Below are positions 23,572-31,605 of a DNA stretch of 64,000 nt, piece after piece. Source of the stretch: Candidatus Eiseniibacteriota bacterium (GTDB lineage: Bacteria; Eisenbacteria; RBG-16-71-46); NCBI GenBank assembly GCA_963725865.1, contig CAVSAC010000012.1, positions 416,001-480,000 of the forward strand. Direction: 5' to 3'. The position numbers and the translations under genes are program-made. The notes beneath the pieces were generated by a model. That model saw only the letters and a list, made by a program, of their open reading frames with translations. It ran no database searches and was not told the DNA's origin. Positions within the stretch are counted from its first letter, which is position 1. The number at the start of each line of letters is the position of its first letter.

Positions 23572-23591
23572 TCTCCGGAAGGAGGCAGGAG

Positions 23592-23741
23592 ATGTTGTGG
23601 ACCATCGCGGTCGTGCTCGTCGTGCTCTGGCTCCTCGGTCTGGTGACGTCCTACACGATGGGCGGATTCATCCACGTGCTGCTCGTCGTCGCCATCATCG
23701 TCGTGCTGATCCGGGTCATCCAGGGTCGCCGGGTGCTCTGA
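23592..23741 (+). CDS. lmo0937 family small membrane protein (DUF5670)
   Basis: MLWTIAVVLVVLWLLGLVTSYTMGGFIHVLLVVAIIVVLIRVIQGRR; RBS upstream of ATG 23592. Confidence 0.9.
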   Translation: MLWTIAVVLVVLWLLGLVTSYTMGGFIHVLLVVAIIVVLIRVIQGRRVL

Positions 23742-23769
23742 ACGTGCGGCGCCGAAAGGAAAGTGTGCA

Positions 23770-23985
23770 ATGAAGGCTCTTGGCTTCGTGCTCCTGGTAC
23801 TCGGCATCCTCGCCCTCGTGTACGGAGGGATCAGCTACAGCCGCCAGCGGACCGTGATCGACATGGGACCGATCCAGGCGACCGCGACGGAACAGCACAA
23901 CATCCCGCTCTCGCCGATCGTGGGGGGCGTCGCGATCATCGGCGGCCTGCTGCTCCTGCTCGTGCCACGGCGTCGGATGGCATGA
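23770..23985 (+). CDS. Small two-TM membrane protein (DUF3185-like)
   Basis: MKALGFVLLVLGILALVYGGISY...IDMGPIQAT...IPLSPIVGGVAIIGG. Confidence 0.8.
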   Translation: MKALGFVLLVLGILALVYGGISYSRQRTVIDMGPIQATATEQHNIPLSPIVGGVAIIGGLLLLLVPRRRMA

Positions 23986-24063
23986 CGGCGCGACTGCCCG
24001 CAGCGAACACAGCGCCGGCGAACGACGTCGTCGCGCTTCGTGCAGTACGCGTGGAGGTATGAG

Positions 24064-24465
24064 ATGAGACTGTTTCCGCGACCGCTTCGCTCCTGGACCG
24101 TGCTCCTCGTGATCCTGTGCATGAGTGCGATGGACTTCGCTCCGGCCCTGGCCGGCCTGGCGCCTTCGCGCAGCTCGGGTGAGACGAGCATCGCCTCCGC
24201 ACGCGACGCCGACATGCTGATGGCGCAGCGCGTGCTCGAGAACAAGGTCGTCGCGCAGAAGCTGCGCGACTACGGCGTAGCGCCCACCGATGCGCAGGCG
24301 CGGCTCGCCAGCATGTCCGATCAGGACCTGCACACGCTGGCCAGCGCCTCGAAGGGCCTACCGAGCGGCGGCGACGCGACCGGTGCCATCATCGGCGTGC
24401 TGGTGGTGGTCATTCTGGTCATCGTCATCCTCAGGCTGATGCACCGCGACGTGATCCTGCGGTGA
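24064..24465 (+). CDS. PA2779 family protein
   Basis: RBS GGAGG, signal peptide, VAQKLRDYGV...ARLASMSDQDLHTLA...LPSGG, then a very hydrophobic C-terminus. Confidence 0.85.
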   Translation: MRLFPRPLRSWTVLLVILCMSAMDFAPALAGLAPSRSSGETSIASARDADMLMAQRVLENKVVAQKLRDYGVAPTDAQARLASMSDQDLHTLASASKGLPSGGDATGAIIGVLVVVILVIVILRLMHRDVILR

Positions 24466-24517
24466 CGCGCAAGAGGCGCGTTGCACCGACACGGCCGGAG
24501 CATCGAGGAGCCCGGTT

Positions 24518-25336
24518 ATGATCTGCCTGCTTGCCGCGCTACTACTGCCGCTGCATTTCACAGCGCCCGCGGATACACTCGGGGCGGACATGGCGGGTCG
24601 GGTGGAGGTATCGCCCGGCCCGGTCCATGCGTACGTGTTCTACCGGTTCGACACAGGCGGGACCATGGTCCGGATCCCGGGTTACGCCGACTCGGCCGGG
24701 AGTTCGCTCCTGGTGCCCCATGCGCCGGGGACACGCGAGATGGTCTGGCTCGCGCCCGGCGCGACCGCGACGACGATCTACATGGTGTCATTGGACGCCC
24801 GCGGCAACCAGAGTGCGCCGAGCAACGGCTGCGTGCTCGTGGGCCGTCCCGCGCCCTCGTTGGCCGCGATGCGTCGTGCCAGCCAGACCACGCTCGCCGT
24901 GCCGATCGTCAGGCAGGCGCGCGAGCGCTGCGGGCAGGCGGCGCTCGCGATGGTGCTGCGCTACTACGGCGCCGCGCCCGCCGCGCTTCGTGAGGTGGAC
25001 GGCGCCTACGATCCCGTCCTCCACGGCTCGCTCATCACCGATCTCGCCGGCGCCGCGCGCCGAGCAGGCTACGCGGCGGACGTCGCGACGCTCACCCCCG
25101 ATTCGTTGCTCGACCTCCTGAACGCCGGCGTACCCCCCATCCTGCTCTACCAGAACGGTTCGGGACCCTTCACCGTCCGACACTTCGGGGTCGTCACCGG
25201 ATGGGACGCCACCCACTCCACCTTCACACTTCAGGACGGCACGGCGCGTCCGCGCGTGACGCCGCGCGACGACCTCGTGAAGCGGTGGGAGACGGCCGGC
25301 TCGCAGGCGCTGATCGTTCGGGAGCGGCAGCCATGA
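24518..25336 (+). CDS. C39-like cysteine peptidase (PA2778-like)
   Basis: QARERCGQAALAMVLRYYG (catalytic Cys) and HFGVVTGWD...LQDG (His, Asp); signal-like N-terminus. Confidence 0.85.
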   Translation: MICLLAALLLPLHFTAPADTLGADMAGRVEVSPGPVHAYVFYRFDTGGTMVRIPGYADSAGSSLLVPHAPGTREMVWLAPGATATTIYMVSLDARGNQSAPSNGCVLVGRPAPSLAAMRRASQTTLAVPIVRQARERCGQAALAMVLRYYGAAPAALREVDGAYDPVLHGSLITDLAGAARRAGYAADVATLTPDSLLDLLNAGVPPILLYQNGSGPFTVRHFGVVTGWDATHSTFTLQDGTARPRVTPRDDLVKRWETAGSQALIVRERQP

Positions 25337-25797
25337 TCGCCCGCTCGGCACGCGCCGGCCTGATCGCCGCGGCGCTCGCGGCGACGATCGCGCTCGGGGG
25401 CTGCGCCCATCTCGTGGTGTTGCGTGACCCCCTCACGGCGAGCGAGCACAACGACCTCGGCGTCGCCTACGAGGCGAGCGGGCAGACCGCCCTCGCGGCG
25501 AAGGAGTATCGCAGCGCCCTGCGACTCGATCCCCATCAGAGCCGTGCCCGGGTCAATCTGGGCAACGTGCAGGCCGCCGAGGGGCGCTGGCGCGCCGCGG
25601 AGAAGTCCTACCGCCAGGCACTCCGCGATACGCCTGCCGACCCGGATGCCATGAACAACCTCGCGGTCGCCCTGCTGCGGCAGGGCCGGGCGCCGGAGGA
25701 GGCGCGCTCGCTGGCCGAGCGCGCGGTGGCCGTGGGTGGGGCGCGGGATTCGGTCTACCGGGCCACGCTCGACGAGGTGGATCGAGGTGGGCGATGA
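25333..25797 (+). CDS. TPR lipoprotein
   Basis: ATGA overlap with the peptidase; lipobox LGGC; TPRs HNDLGVAY, VNLGNV, MNNLAVAL. Confidence 0.85.
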   Translation: MIARSARAGLIAAALAATIALGGCAHLVVLRDPLTASEHNDLGVAYEASGQTALAAKEYRSALRLDPHQSRARVNLGNVQAAEGRWRAAEKSYRQALRDTPADPDAMNNLAVALLRQGRAPEEARSLAERAVAVGGARDSVYRATLDEVDRGGR

Positions 25798-25891
25798 GTG
25801 GCGAGCCGCGGAGCCGGGCGCGCGTCCGAGCGACTCGCGACGACGTCGTCCGCAAGGCGACCAGCGTCCATCCCGACGAGGAACGGAGTCG

Positions 25892-26296
25892 ATGAACACT
25901 GCACGAGCGACCCAGGTGACCCACGTCCTGCTTCGAGCCGTCGCCGGCGTGATGATCCTCCAGCATGGAGGCCAGAAGCTGTTCGGCTGGTTCGGCGGCG
26001 GGGGCTCGGTGCCGGGCGCCACGGTTCCGTTGATGTCCCAATTGGGGCTCGGCGCCGTCCTCGAGCTGATCGGCGGGATCGCGATCGCGCTCGGCCTTTT
26101 CACCCGGCCGGTGGCATTCATCCTCTCGGGCGAGATGGCGGTGGCCTACTTCCAGATGCACCAGCCCCACGGCGCGTGGCCGATCCAGAACCATGGCGAG
26201 CTCGCCGCGCTGTATTCGTTCGTCTTCCTGTTCCTCGCGGCCCACGGCGCCGGGGGCTTCAGCCTGGACGGCATGCGGCGACGCACCCGGAGCTGA
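25892..26296 (+). CDS. DoxX family membrane protein
   Basis: LLRAVAG...HGGQKLFG...LGLFTRPVAFILSGEMAVAYF...GELA...GAGGFSLD. Confidence 0.9.
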   Translation: MNTARATQVTHVLLRAVAGVMILQHGGQKLFGWFGGGGSVPGATVPLMSQLGLGAVLELIGGIAIALGLFTRPVAFILSGEMAVAYFQMHQPHGAWPIQNHGELAALYSFVFLFLAAHGAGGFSLDGMRRRTRS

Positions 26297-26326
26297 ATCG
26301 CACTCCCCTCGCGATCCACAAACGCC

Positions 26327-26356
26327 CGAGGCGGCGTCCTTGCGGACGCCGCCTCG
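26327..26356 (-). terminator. Intrinsic terminator hairpin between convergent doxX and csp
   Basis: 13-bp perfect stem CGAGGCGGCGTCC with GCAA loop (minus strand), followed by GGCGTTTG. Confidence 0.7.
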
Positions 26357-26382
26357 ATTGGCGTGAGGTGGTACCTCGTGCG

Positions 26383-26586
26383 TTAGGCCTTGCGGACGTT
26401 CGCGGCCTGCAGCCCCTTCGGACCGCGGGTCACGTCGAACTCCAACGACTCACCCTCGGCGAGCGTCTTGAAGCCGTCGCCGGCGATGGCCGAGAAGTGA
26501 ACGAACACGTCCTCGCCACCGTCCGCCTGCGTGATGAAACCAAAGCCCTTCGCCTCGTTGAACCACTTCACCGTGCCACGAGCCAC
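26383..26586 (-). CDS. cspA: Cold-shock protein (CspA family)
   Basis: [15 protein letters not shown]...DVFVHFSAI...[16 protein letters not shown] before GTG. Confidence 0.97.
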   Translation of the reverse strand: MARGTVKWFNEAKGFGFITQADGGEDVFVHFSAIAGDGFKTLAEGESLEFDVTRGPKGLQAANVRKA

Positions 26587-26637
26587 TTGAAACTCCTGTT
26601 GTATCCGGGTCCGAGGACCCGCACTTGCCGCGATATC

Positions 26638-26695
26638 ACGCTGCGGCCGCGTCCGGTCGCTGTGACCGTTGCCTCGATCGGCGGGAATGGCCGTC
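26638..26695 (-). promoter_or_regulatory. Conserved leader element, copy 2 (csp 5' leader)
   Basis: Matches 15062-15120; ends 52 nt before the csp start. Confidence 0.6.
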
Positions 26696-26696
26696 T

Positions 26697-26727
26697 AACA
26701 AAAACCCGCCAGAAGAGTCTCTGGCGG
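26697..26727 (-). terminator. Terminator-like hairpin with U tract upstream of csp
   Basis: Minus strand CCGCCAGA-gactct-TCTGGCGG followed by GTTTTTGTT. Confidence 0.55.
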
Positions 26728-26941
26728 ATCTGAACGTCGACGACTCATCCACACACAACCGAAGACGAACGCAGTATCGGGCAGCGGGGCGCGGAATGAT
26801 AGTGAATTCGTGGTCAACCGTCCGCGACCCGCAAAGTCCGCGAATTCGCCAATGAAAGCGCACTTCTTGCCCCCGCCGGAGGCCCGGCCGGGCGGCCCGA
26901 TCCGCCCCCCGAAGAGCCCCTGGGCCGCGGCCGGGCCGGCC

Positions 26942-28138
26942 TCAGTCGATGTCGGTCCAGGCCGGCAGCGCGGAGCGGATGGTGCCGAATGCGAAGCTCG
27001 CGGACAGGCCGCCGCCGAAGCCGAACAGGCCGAACCGCCGCCCGGGCAGCAGCTCGCCCGGGTTCAGCGCGAGCGCCAGCGGGATCGAGGCGCTGGTGGT
27101 GTTGCCGAAGCGGCCGCCGGCATCCAGCACCCGCCCGCGGAATCCCCGCTCGCTCCACATCTTCACGATCGATGCGTTGAGGGAGAGGTTGGCCTCGTGC
27201 AGGGTGACGAGGTCGAGGTCCTCGAGGCGCCAGCCGGCCTTGGCGAGCGCCGCGTCCGTCGCGGGTCCGCCGGTGAACGGCACCAGCACGCTGCGCACCG
27301 CGGCGCCGTCCATCGCGAGCCGGTGCCGGCCGGCCGCGGTCTCCTGCGGCGTCGGCGTGGGCCGGCGCGAGCCACCGGCCGGCGTGAGGATGATGTCCCC
27401 CCGCCCGCCGTCGAGCCAGCTCCAGAACTGCTGCGGCGCGAACCAGTCCTCGGCGGCAGGCACGGCGACGCACAGCATCGCGGTGCCGGCGTCGCCGAGC
27501 ACGGTGGCGAAGCTGCGGTCGCGCCAGTTGATCGTGGCGCTCATGCGGTCGGCGCCCACCAGCAGGATGCGGCGCGCCATCCCGGAGCGGATGAGCGAGT
27601 AGCAGAGCATCAGCGCGGTCACCCAGCTGCTGCACGCCAGCGACACGTCGGCGCCCTTCAGCTCGCGGGGCGCGGGACCCGACCACACCGGGATGCCGAG
27701 CGCGTGCTGGAGCAGTGCCGCGTCCGGGGGGCTGTAGAGGTAGGACGGCGTGACGCTGGCGAACATGATCGCGTCGATGTCGCCGGGGTCGGTGCCCGAG
27801 CGCTCGAGCAACAGCCGGGCGGCACCCGTGGCGAGATCGATGGTGCCCTCGTCCTCGTGGCAGAAGCGCCGCTCGGTGAAGCCGATGAACCGGCGCACCC
27901 AGCGATCGCTGGTCTCGAAGAGCTTGGCCTCCTCGGGGCTCAGCACGGCATTGCCGGCGAGCCGGGTCCGCATGCGTTCGAGCCGCAGGCGGGCCGCGAC
28001 GCGGGCATTGCTCCAGACGTTCCGGGGCGCATGCGCCGCGACACCCGCGAGCCGCATGCCATGGAGAACCGAACTCAACCGCTCCTCCCTATGGAGTGCC
28101 TTCATTGCTGGATCATCGCTGTCGACGGAACGCACCAT
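26942..28138 (-). CDS. 3-oxoacyl-ACP synthase III (FabH)-family protein
   Basis: Cys-His-Asn triad LACSS / LHEAN / GNTTSASIP, GDAG, GFGGG. The start may instead be 28105 or 28057. Confidence 0.9.
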   Translation of the reverse strand: MVRSVDSDDPAMKALHREERLSSVLHGMRLAGVAAHAPRNVWSNARVAARLRLERMRTRLAGNAVLSPEEAKLFETSDRWVRRFIGFTERRFCHEDEGTIDLATGAARLLLERSGTDPGDIDAIMFASVTPSYLYSPPDAALLQHALGIPVWSGPAPRELKGADVSLACSSWVTALMLCYSLIRSGMARRILLVGADRMSATINWRDRSFATVLGDAGTAMLCVAVPAAEDWFAPQQFWSWLDGGRGDIILTPAGGSRRPTPTPQETAAGRHRLAMDGAAVRSVLVPFTGGPATDAALAKAGWRLEDLDLVTLHEANLSLNASIVKMWSERGFRGRVLDAGGRFGNTTSASIPLALALNPGELLPGRRFGLFGFGGGLSASFAFGTIRSALPAWTDID

Positions 28139-28308
28139 ATCGCTCGGGCGGGCAGTCGTTCAACCCGGACCTCGGGCCCGCGGGTTTCGCGGCTGCGGAC
28201 GCCTCTCGCCCGACCGCGCGGGCCCGCGCTTCCCAACCGTTCCCGCCTCGGGCATGCTGCCGCCATGACCGTGGTCCCCGCATCGGCCGCTCGCCCGTCG
28301 CCCGCCGC

Positions 28309-29184
28309 ATGACGGCGCTCCGCGTCGGCCTGGTCGGCGCCGGGCCCTGGGCCGAGAAGGCGTACGCGCCGATGCTCGCCGCCGGGCCCGAGACCCGGCT
28401 CGCGTGCGTGTGGTCGCGGCGCCCGGCGGCGGCGGCGGCGCTCGCGGCCGCGCACGGGAGCGCCGCCGCCGAGTCGTTCGAGGCGCTGCTGGAGCGTTGC
28501 GAGGCGGTGGCGTTCGCGGTGCCGCCCGACGTGCAGGCGGTGCTCGCGGTCCAGGCGGCCCGCGCGGGCCGGCACCTGATGCTCGACAAGCCGCTCGCGC
28601 TCACGCTCGAGCCGGCTCGCGCGCTGGTGCGCGCGGTGGAGCAGGCCGGCGTGGTGACGCAGCTCATGCTCACCCAGCGCTATCGGCCGGCGACGCAGGC
28701 GTTCCTCGACGCGGCGCGCGGGTTCGCGACGATCGGGGCGCGACTCGCGTTCCTCTCGGGCGCGTTCGTGCGCGGGCCCTACGCCAACGCGTGGCGGATC
28801 GAGCACGGGGCGCTGCACGATCTCGGCCCCCACGCGTTCGACCTGCTCGAGGCGGCGGTGGGGCCGATCGAGCAGGTGGTCGGGCGCGGCGATCCGCGCC
28901 GCTGGGTGGCGCTCACCTGCCGGCACGCGGGCGGTGCGGTGAGCGAGCTGGCGATGTCGGGCGTGATGCAGCTGCCGCAGTCGGTGTTCCGGCTCGAGCT
29001 GTACGGGCCCGCCGGTGCGCTGGAGTTCGACGGCGTGGCGGCGGCCGCGCAGGCGGAGCCCTGGTCGCTCGCGCGGCGCACGTTCGCGGACGCGGTGCGC
29101 GCGGGCCGCTCGCCGGCGCTCGACGTGCACCGCGGGCTGATGCTGCAGGAGCTGATCGACCGCTCGCTGCGGGCGCTCGCCTAG
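28309..29184 (+). CDS. Gfo/Idh/MocA family oxidoreductase
   Basis: MTALRVGLVGAGPWA, MLDKPLA, GALHDLGPHAFDL. Confidence 0.9.
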   Translation: MTALRVGLVGAGPWAEKAYAPMLAAGPETRLACVWSRRPAAAAALAAAHGSAAAESFEALLERCEAVAFAVPPDVQAVLAVQAARAGRHLMLDKPLALTLEPARALVRAVEQAGVVTQLMLTQRYRPATQAFLDAARGFATIGARLAFLSGAFVRGPYANAWRIEHGALHDLGPHAFDLLEAAVGPIEQVVGRGDPRRWVALTCRHAGGAVSELAMSGVMQLPQSVFRLELYGPAGALEFDGVAAAAQAEPWSLARRTFADAVRAGRSPALDVHRGLMLQELIDRSLRALA

Positions 29185-29244
29185 GGCGCGACGGCCCGCC
29201 GCCGAGTCGCGCGCCGCGCCGCGGGGGCGATCGCGATCACGCCG

Positions 29245-31605
29245 TCACGGCAGTCCGACCCGCCGGACCAGGGCCTGGAACCGCGGGTCGTCGCGCAGGC
29301 TCTCGTACGCCGGCTCCACCTTGATGAACAGCACGTCCCCCGAGCGCTCGGCGAACGCGTGTTCCAGCGCATCCAGCGCACCCTCGCGGTCCCCCAACCG
29401 GGCCAGGGTGGTCGCCAGCCGCTCGTGGTGGATCGGGTCGGTGCGGCTGCGGTCCCGGAGGACGGCGAGGACGGTGCGCCAGTACCCGGTGGGCCCGGAC
29501 TCGCGATACGCGCGCCGCAGCGCGTCGACTCGCTGCCTGCCGCCGTCCGCTTCGGCGAGGTGGCTCTCCAGCAGCTCAAGCGCCGCCTTGTATTCGCCGC
29601 GCTGCTCGTGGATCCGCAGGATCGAGCCGAAGATGAGCCGCGAATCGGGCGCCGTCTCGGCCGCGCGCTGGGCCTCGGCGAGGGCCTCGTCGTAACGGTG
29701 GCCCAGGTACAGGGTCGAGATCGCGTTCCAGTGGGCGATGATCGAGAGCGGATCCAGCTCGAGCGCCCGGCGGCTCTCCTGGATCGACTCCTCCGCGCGG
29801 CCGGCGGCGGCGAGCAGGATCGAATGCAGGAGGTGGGCCTCGGCGTAGCCGGGATTCAATTCGATCGCGCGCAGCAGGTGCCGTTCGCCCTCCGCCCAAT
29901 CCCAGTCTCCGAAGAACAGGGCGGCGCCCATCGAGGTGTGGGCTTCCGCCGAATGCTCGTCGGCGTCGAGCGCCTGGCGCGCGTACTGCTCGACCTTCAC
30001 CATTCCCTCGTGGGTCGGCAGGCGCTCCAGCAGCTGGGTCAGCACCAGGTACGCGTCGGCGAGCGCACTGCCGTAGCGGGCGTCCCCCGGATCGAGCGCC
30101 AGTGCCCTCTCGAAGTGCGCGATCGAGGCGCGCACACCCGCGTCGGTGACCATGTTCCCCTGGAAGCGCCCTTGCAGGTACTCCTCGTAGGCCTGCGGAT
30201 TCACGGCTCGGTGGCTCGCGAGGTTCTCGCTGACGCGCGGCGAGACCTGGAGCTGGATCTCCTGCGCGATGTCGCGCGCCACCTCGCTCTGCAGGGTGAG
30301 GATGTCGCGGAAGTCCCGCTCGAAGCTGCGCGCCCACAGGTGGTGGTCGCTCGCGGCCTCGATCAGCTGCGCGGTGATGCGCACGCGGTCGCCGGCGCGC
30401 AGCACCGAGCCCTCGACCACCGCGTCGACGCCCAGCGCCTTCGCGATCTCGCGCAGCGGCTGCTGCGAGCCCTTGAACCGCATCACCGAGGTGCGCGAGA
30501 TCACCTTGAGCGACGGGATCGGCGCCAGGTCGGTGATCAGCTCCTCGGTCATGCCGTCGGCGAAGTACTCCTGCGCCGGGTCGCCCGAGAGGTTCGCGAG
30601 CGGCAGCACGGCGAGCGAGCGGATGCGCGGGCGGGCGGGCGCCTGCGCGAGCCGCTCGCGCAGCCCGCCGGGCGCGAACACCACGGCGGCCGCGATCGCG
30701 AGCAGCGCGACGCCCGCCAGCGGCAGCGCGGCGCGCCGCAGCCCCGCGCCCGCTCCGGCGGGCGCGCGGGCGCGCCCCAGCGCCTCGAGGGCGACGCGCA
30801 CCTCGCCGCCGCGCTGGTAGCGGCGCTCCGGCTGCTTGGCGAGACAGCGGGTGATCACCGCGCGGAGGCCGGCCGGCACGCCCGCGCCGAGCGGGGCGGG
30901 TTCCTGGCCGGTGATCGCGTTCGCGAGCGCGGGCAGCGAGGCGGCGTCGAAGGGGAGCCGCCCGGCGGCCATCTGATAGAGCACCACGCCGAGCGCCCAG
31001 ACATCGCCGCGCGCGTCGGCCGTCGCGCCGAGGAGCACCTCGGGCGGCAGGTGGTTCGGCGTGCCCATCACGGTGCCCACGGTGGTGAGGTCCAGCTCGC
31101 TGGTCGCATCGAGCGCGCCGGTCTGCGGCAGCCGCTTGGCGATCCCGAAGTCCAGCACCTTCACGTGCTGCGCGGGCGTGAGCATGACGTTCGAGCTCTT
31201 GAGGTCGCGGTGGATGACGCCGTGCTGGTGAGCGTAGGCGAGCGCGTCGGCGATCTGCACGCCGATGCGCAGCACGGTGTCGGCGGCCAGCCCGCCGGGC
31301 GGGATCGACTGCTGCAGCGTGCGGCCCTCGACCAGCTCCATCGCGATGAACACGCGGCCGTCGTGCTCGCCGACCTCGTAGACGTGCGTGATGTTGGGAT
31401 GCGCGAGCGAGGAGGCCATCCGCGCCTCGCGCACCAGCCGGGAGCGCGCCGTCGCGTCATCGGTGCTGTCGGCGAGCAGCACCTTGAGCGCCAGGTCGCG
31501 CCCGAGGCGGTCGTCGTGGGCGCGGTACACCGCGCCCATGCCGCCCTGCCCGAGCGGACCGACGATGCGGTAGTGGGAGACCTGGCCGGTCAGCTGGTCG
31601 CTCAT
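29245..31605 (-). CDS. Ser/Thr protein kinase with TM, TolB-like domain and TPRs
   Basis: ATG 31605 (MSDQLTGQVSHY). LGQGGMGAVY, ALK, HRDLKSSN, DFG, then SLAVLPLANLSGDPAQEYFADGMTEELI and TPRs. Confidence 0.93.
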   Translation of the reverse strand: MSDQLTGQVSHYRIVGPLGQGGMGAVYRAHDDRLGRDLALKVLLADSTDDATARSRLVREARMASSLAHPNITHVYEVGEHDGRVFIAMELVEGRTLQQSIPPGGLAADTVLRIGVQIADALAYAHQHGVIHRDLKSSNVMLTPAQHVKVLDFGIAKRLPQTGALDATSELDLTTVGTVMGTPNHLPPEVLLGATADARGDVWALGVVLYQMAAGRLPFDAASLPALANAITGQEPAPLGAGVPAGLRAVITRCLAKQPERRYQRGGEVRVALEALGRARAPAGAGAGLRRAALPLAGVALLAIAAAVVFAPGGLRERLAQAPARPRIRSLAVLPLANLSGDPAQEYFADGMTEELITDLAPIPSLKVISRTSVMRFKGSQQPLREIAKALGVDAVVEGSVLRAGDRVRITAQLIEAASDHHLWARSFERDFRDILTLQSEVARDIAQEIQLQVSPRVSENLASHRAVNPQAYEEYLQGRFQGNMVTDAGVRASIAHFERALALDPGDARYGSALADAYLVLTQLLERLPTHEGMVKVEQYARQALDADEHSAEAHTSMGAALFFGDWDWAEGERHLLRAIELNPGYAEAHLLHSILLAAAGRAEESIQESRRALELDPLSIIAHWNAISTLYLGHRYDEALAEAQRAAETAPDSRLIFGSILRIHEQRGEYKAALELLESHLAEADGGRQRVDALRRAYRESGPTGYWRTVLAVLRDRSRTDPIHHERLATTLARLGDREGALDALEHAFAERSGDVLFIKVEPAYESLRDDPRFQALVRRVGLP

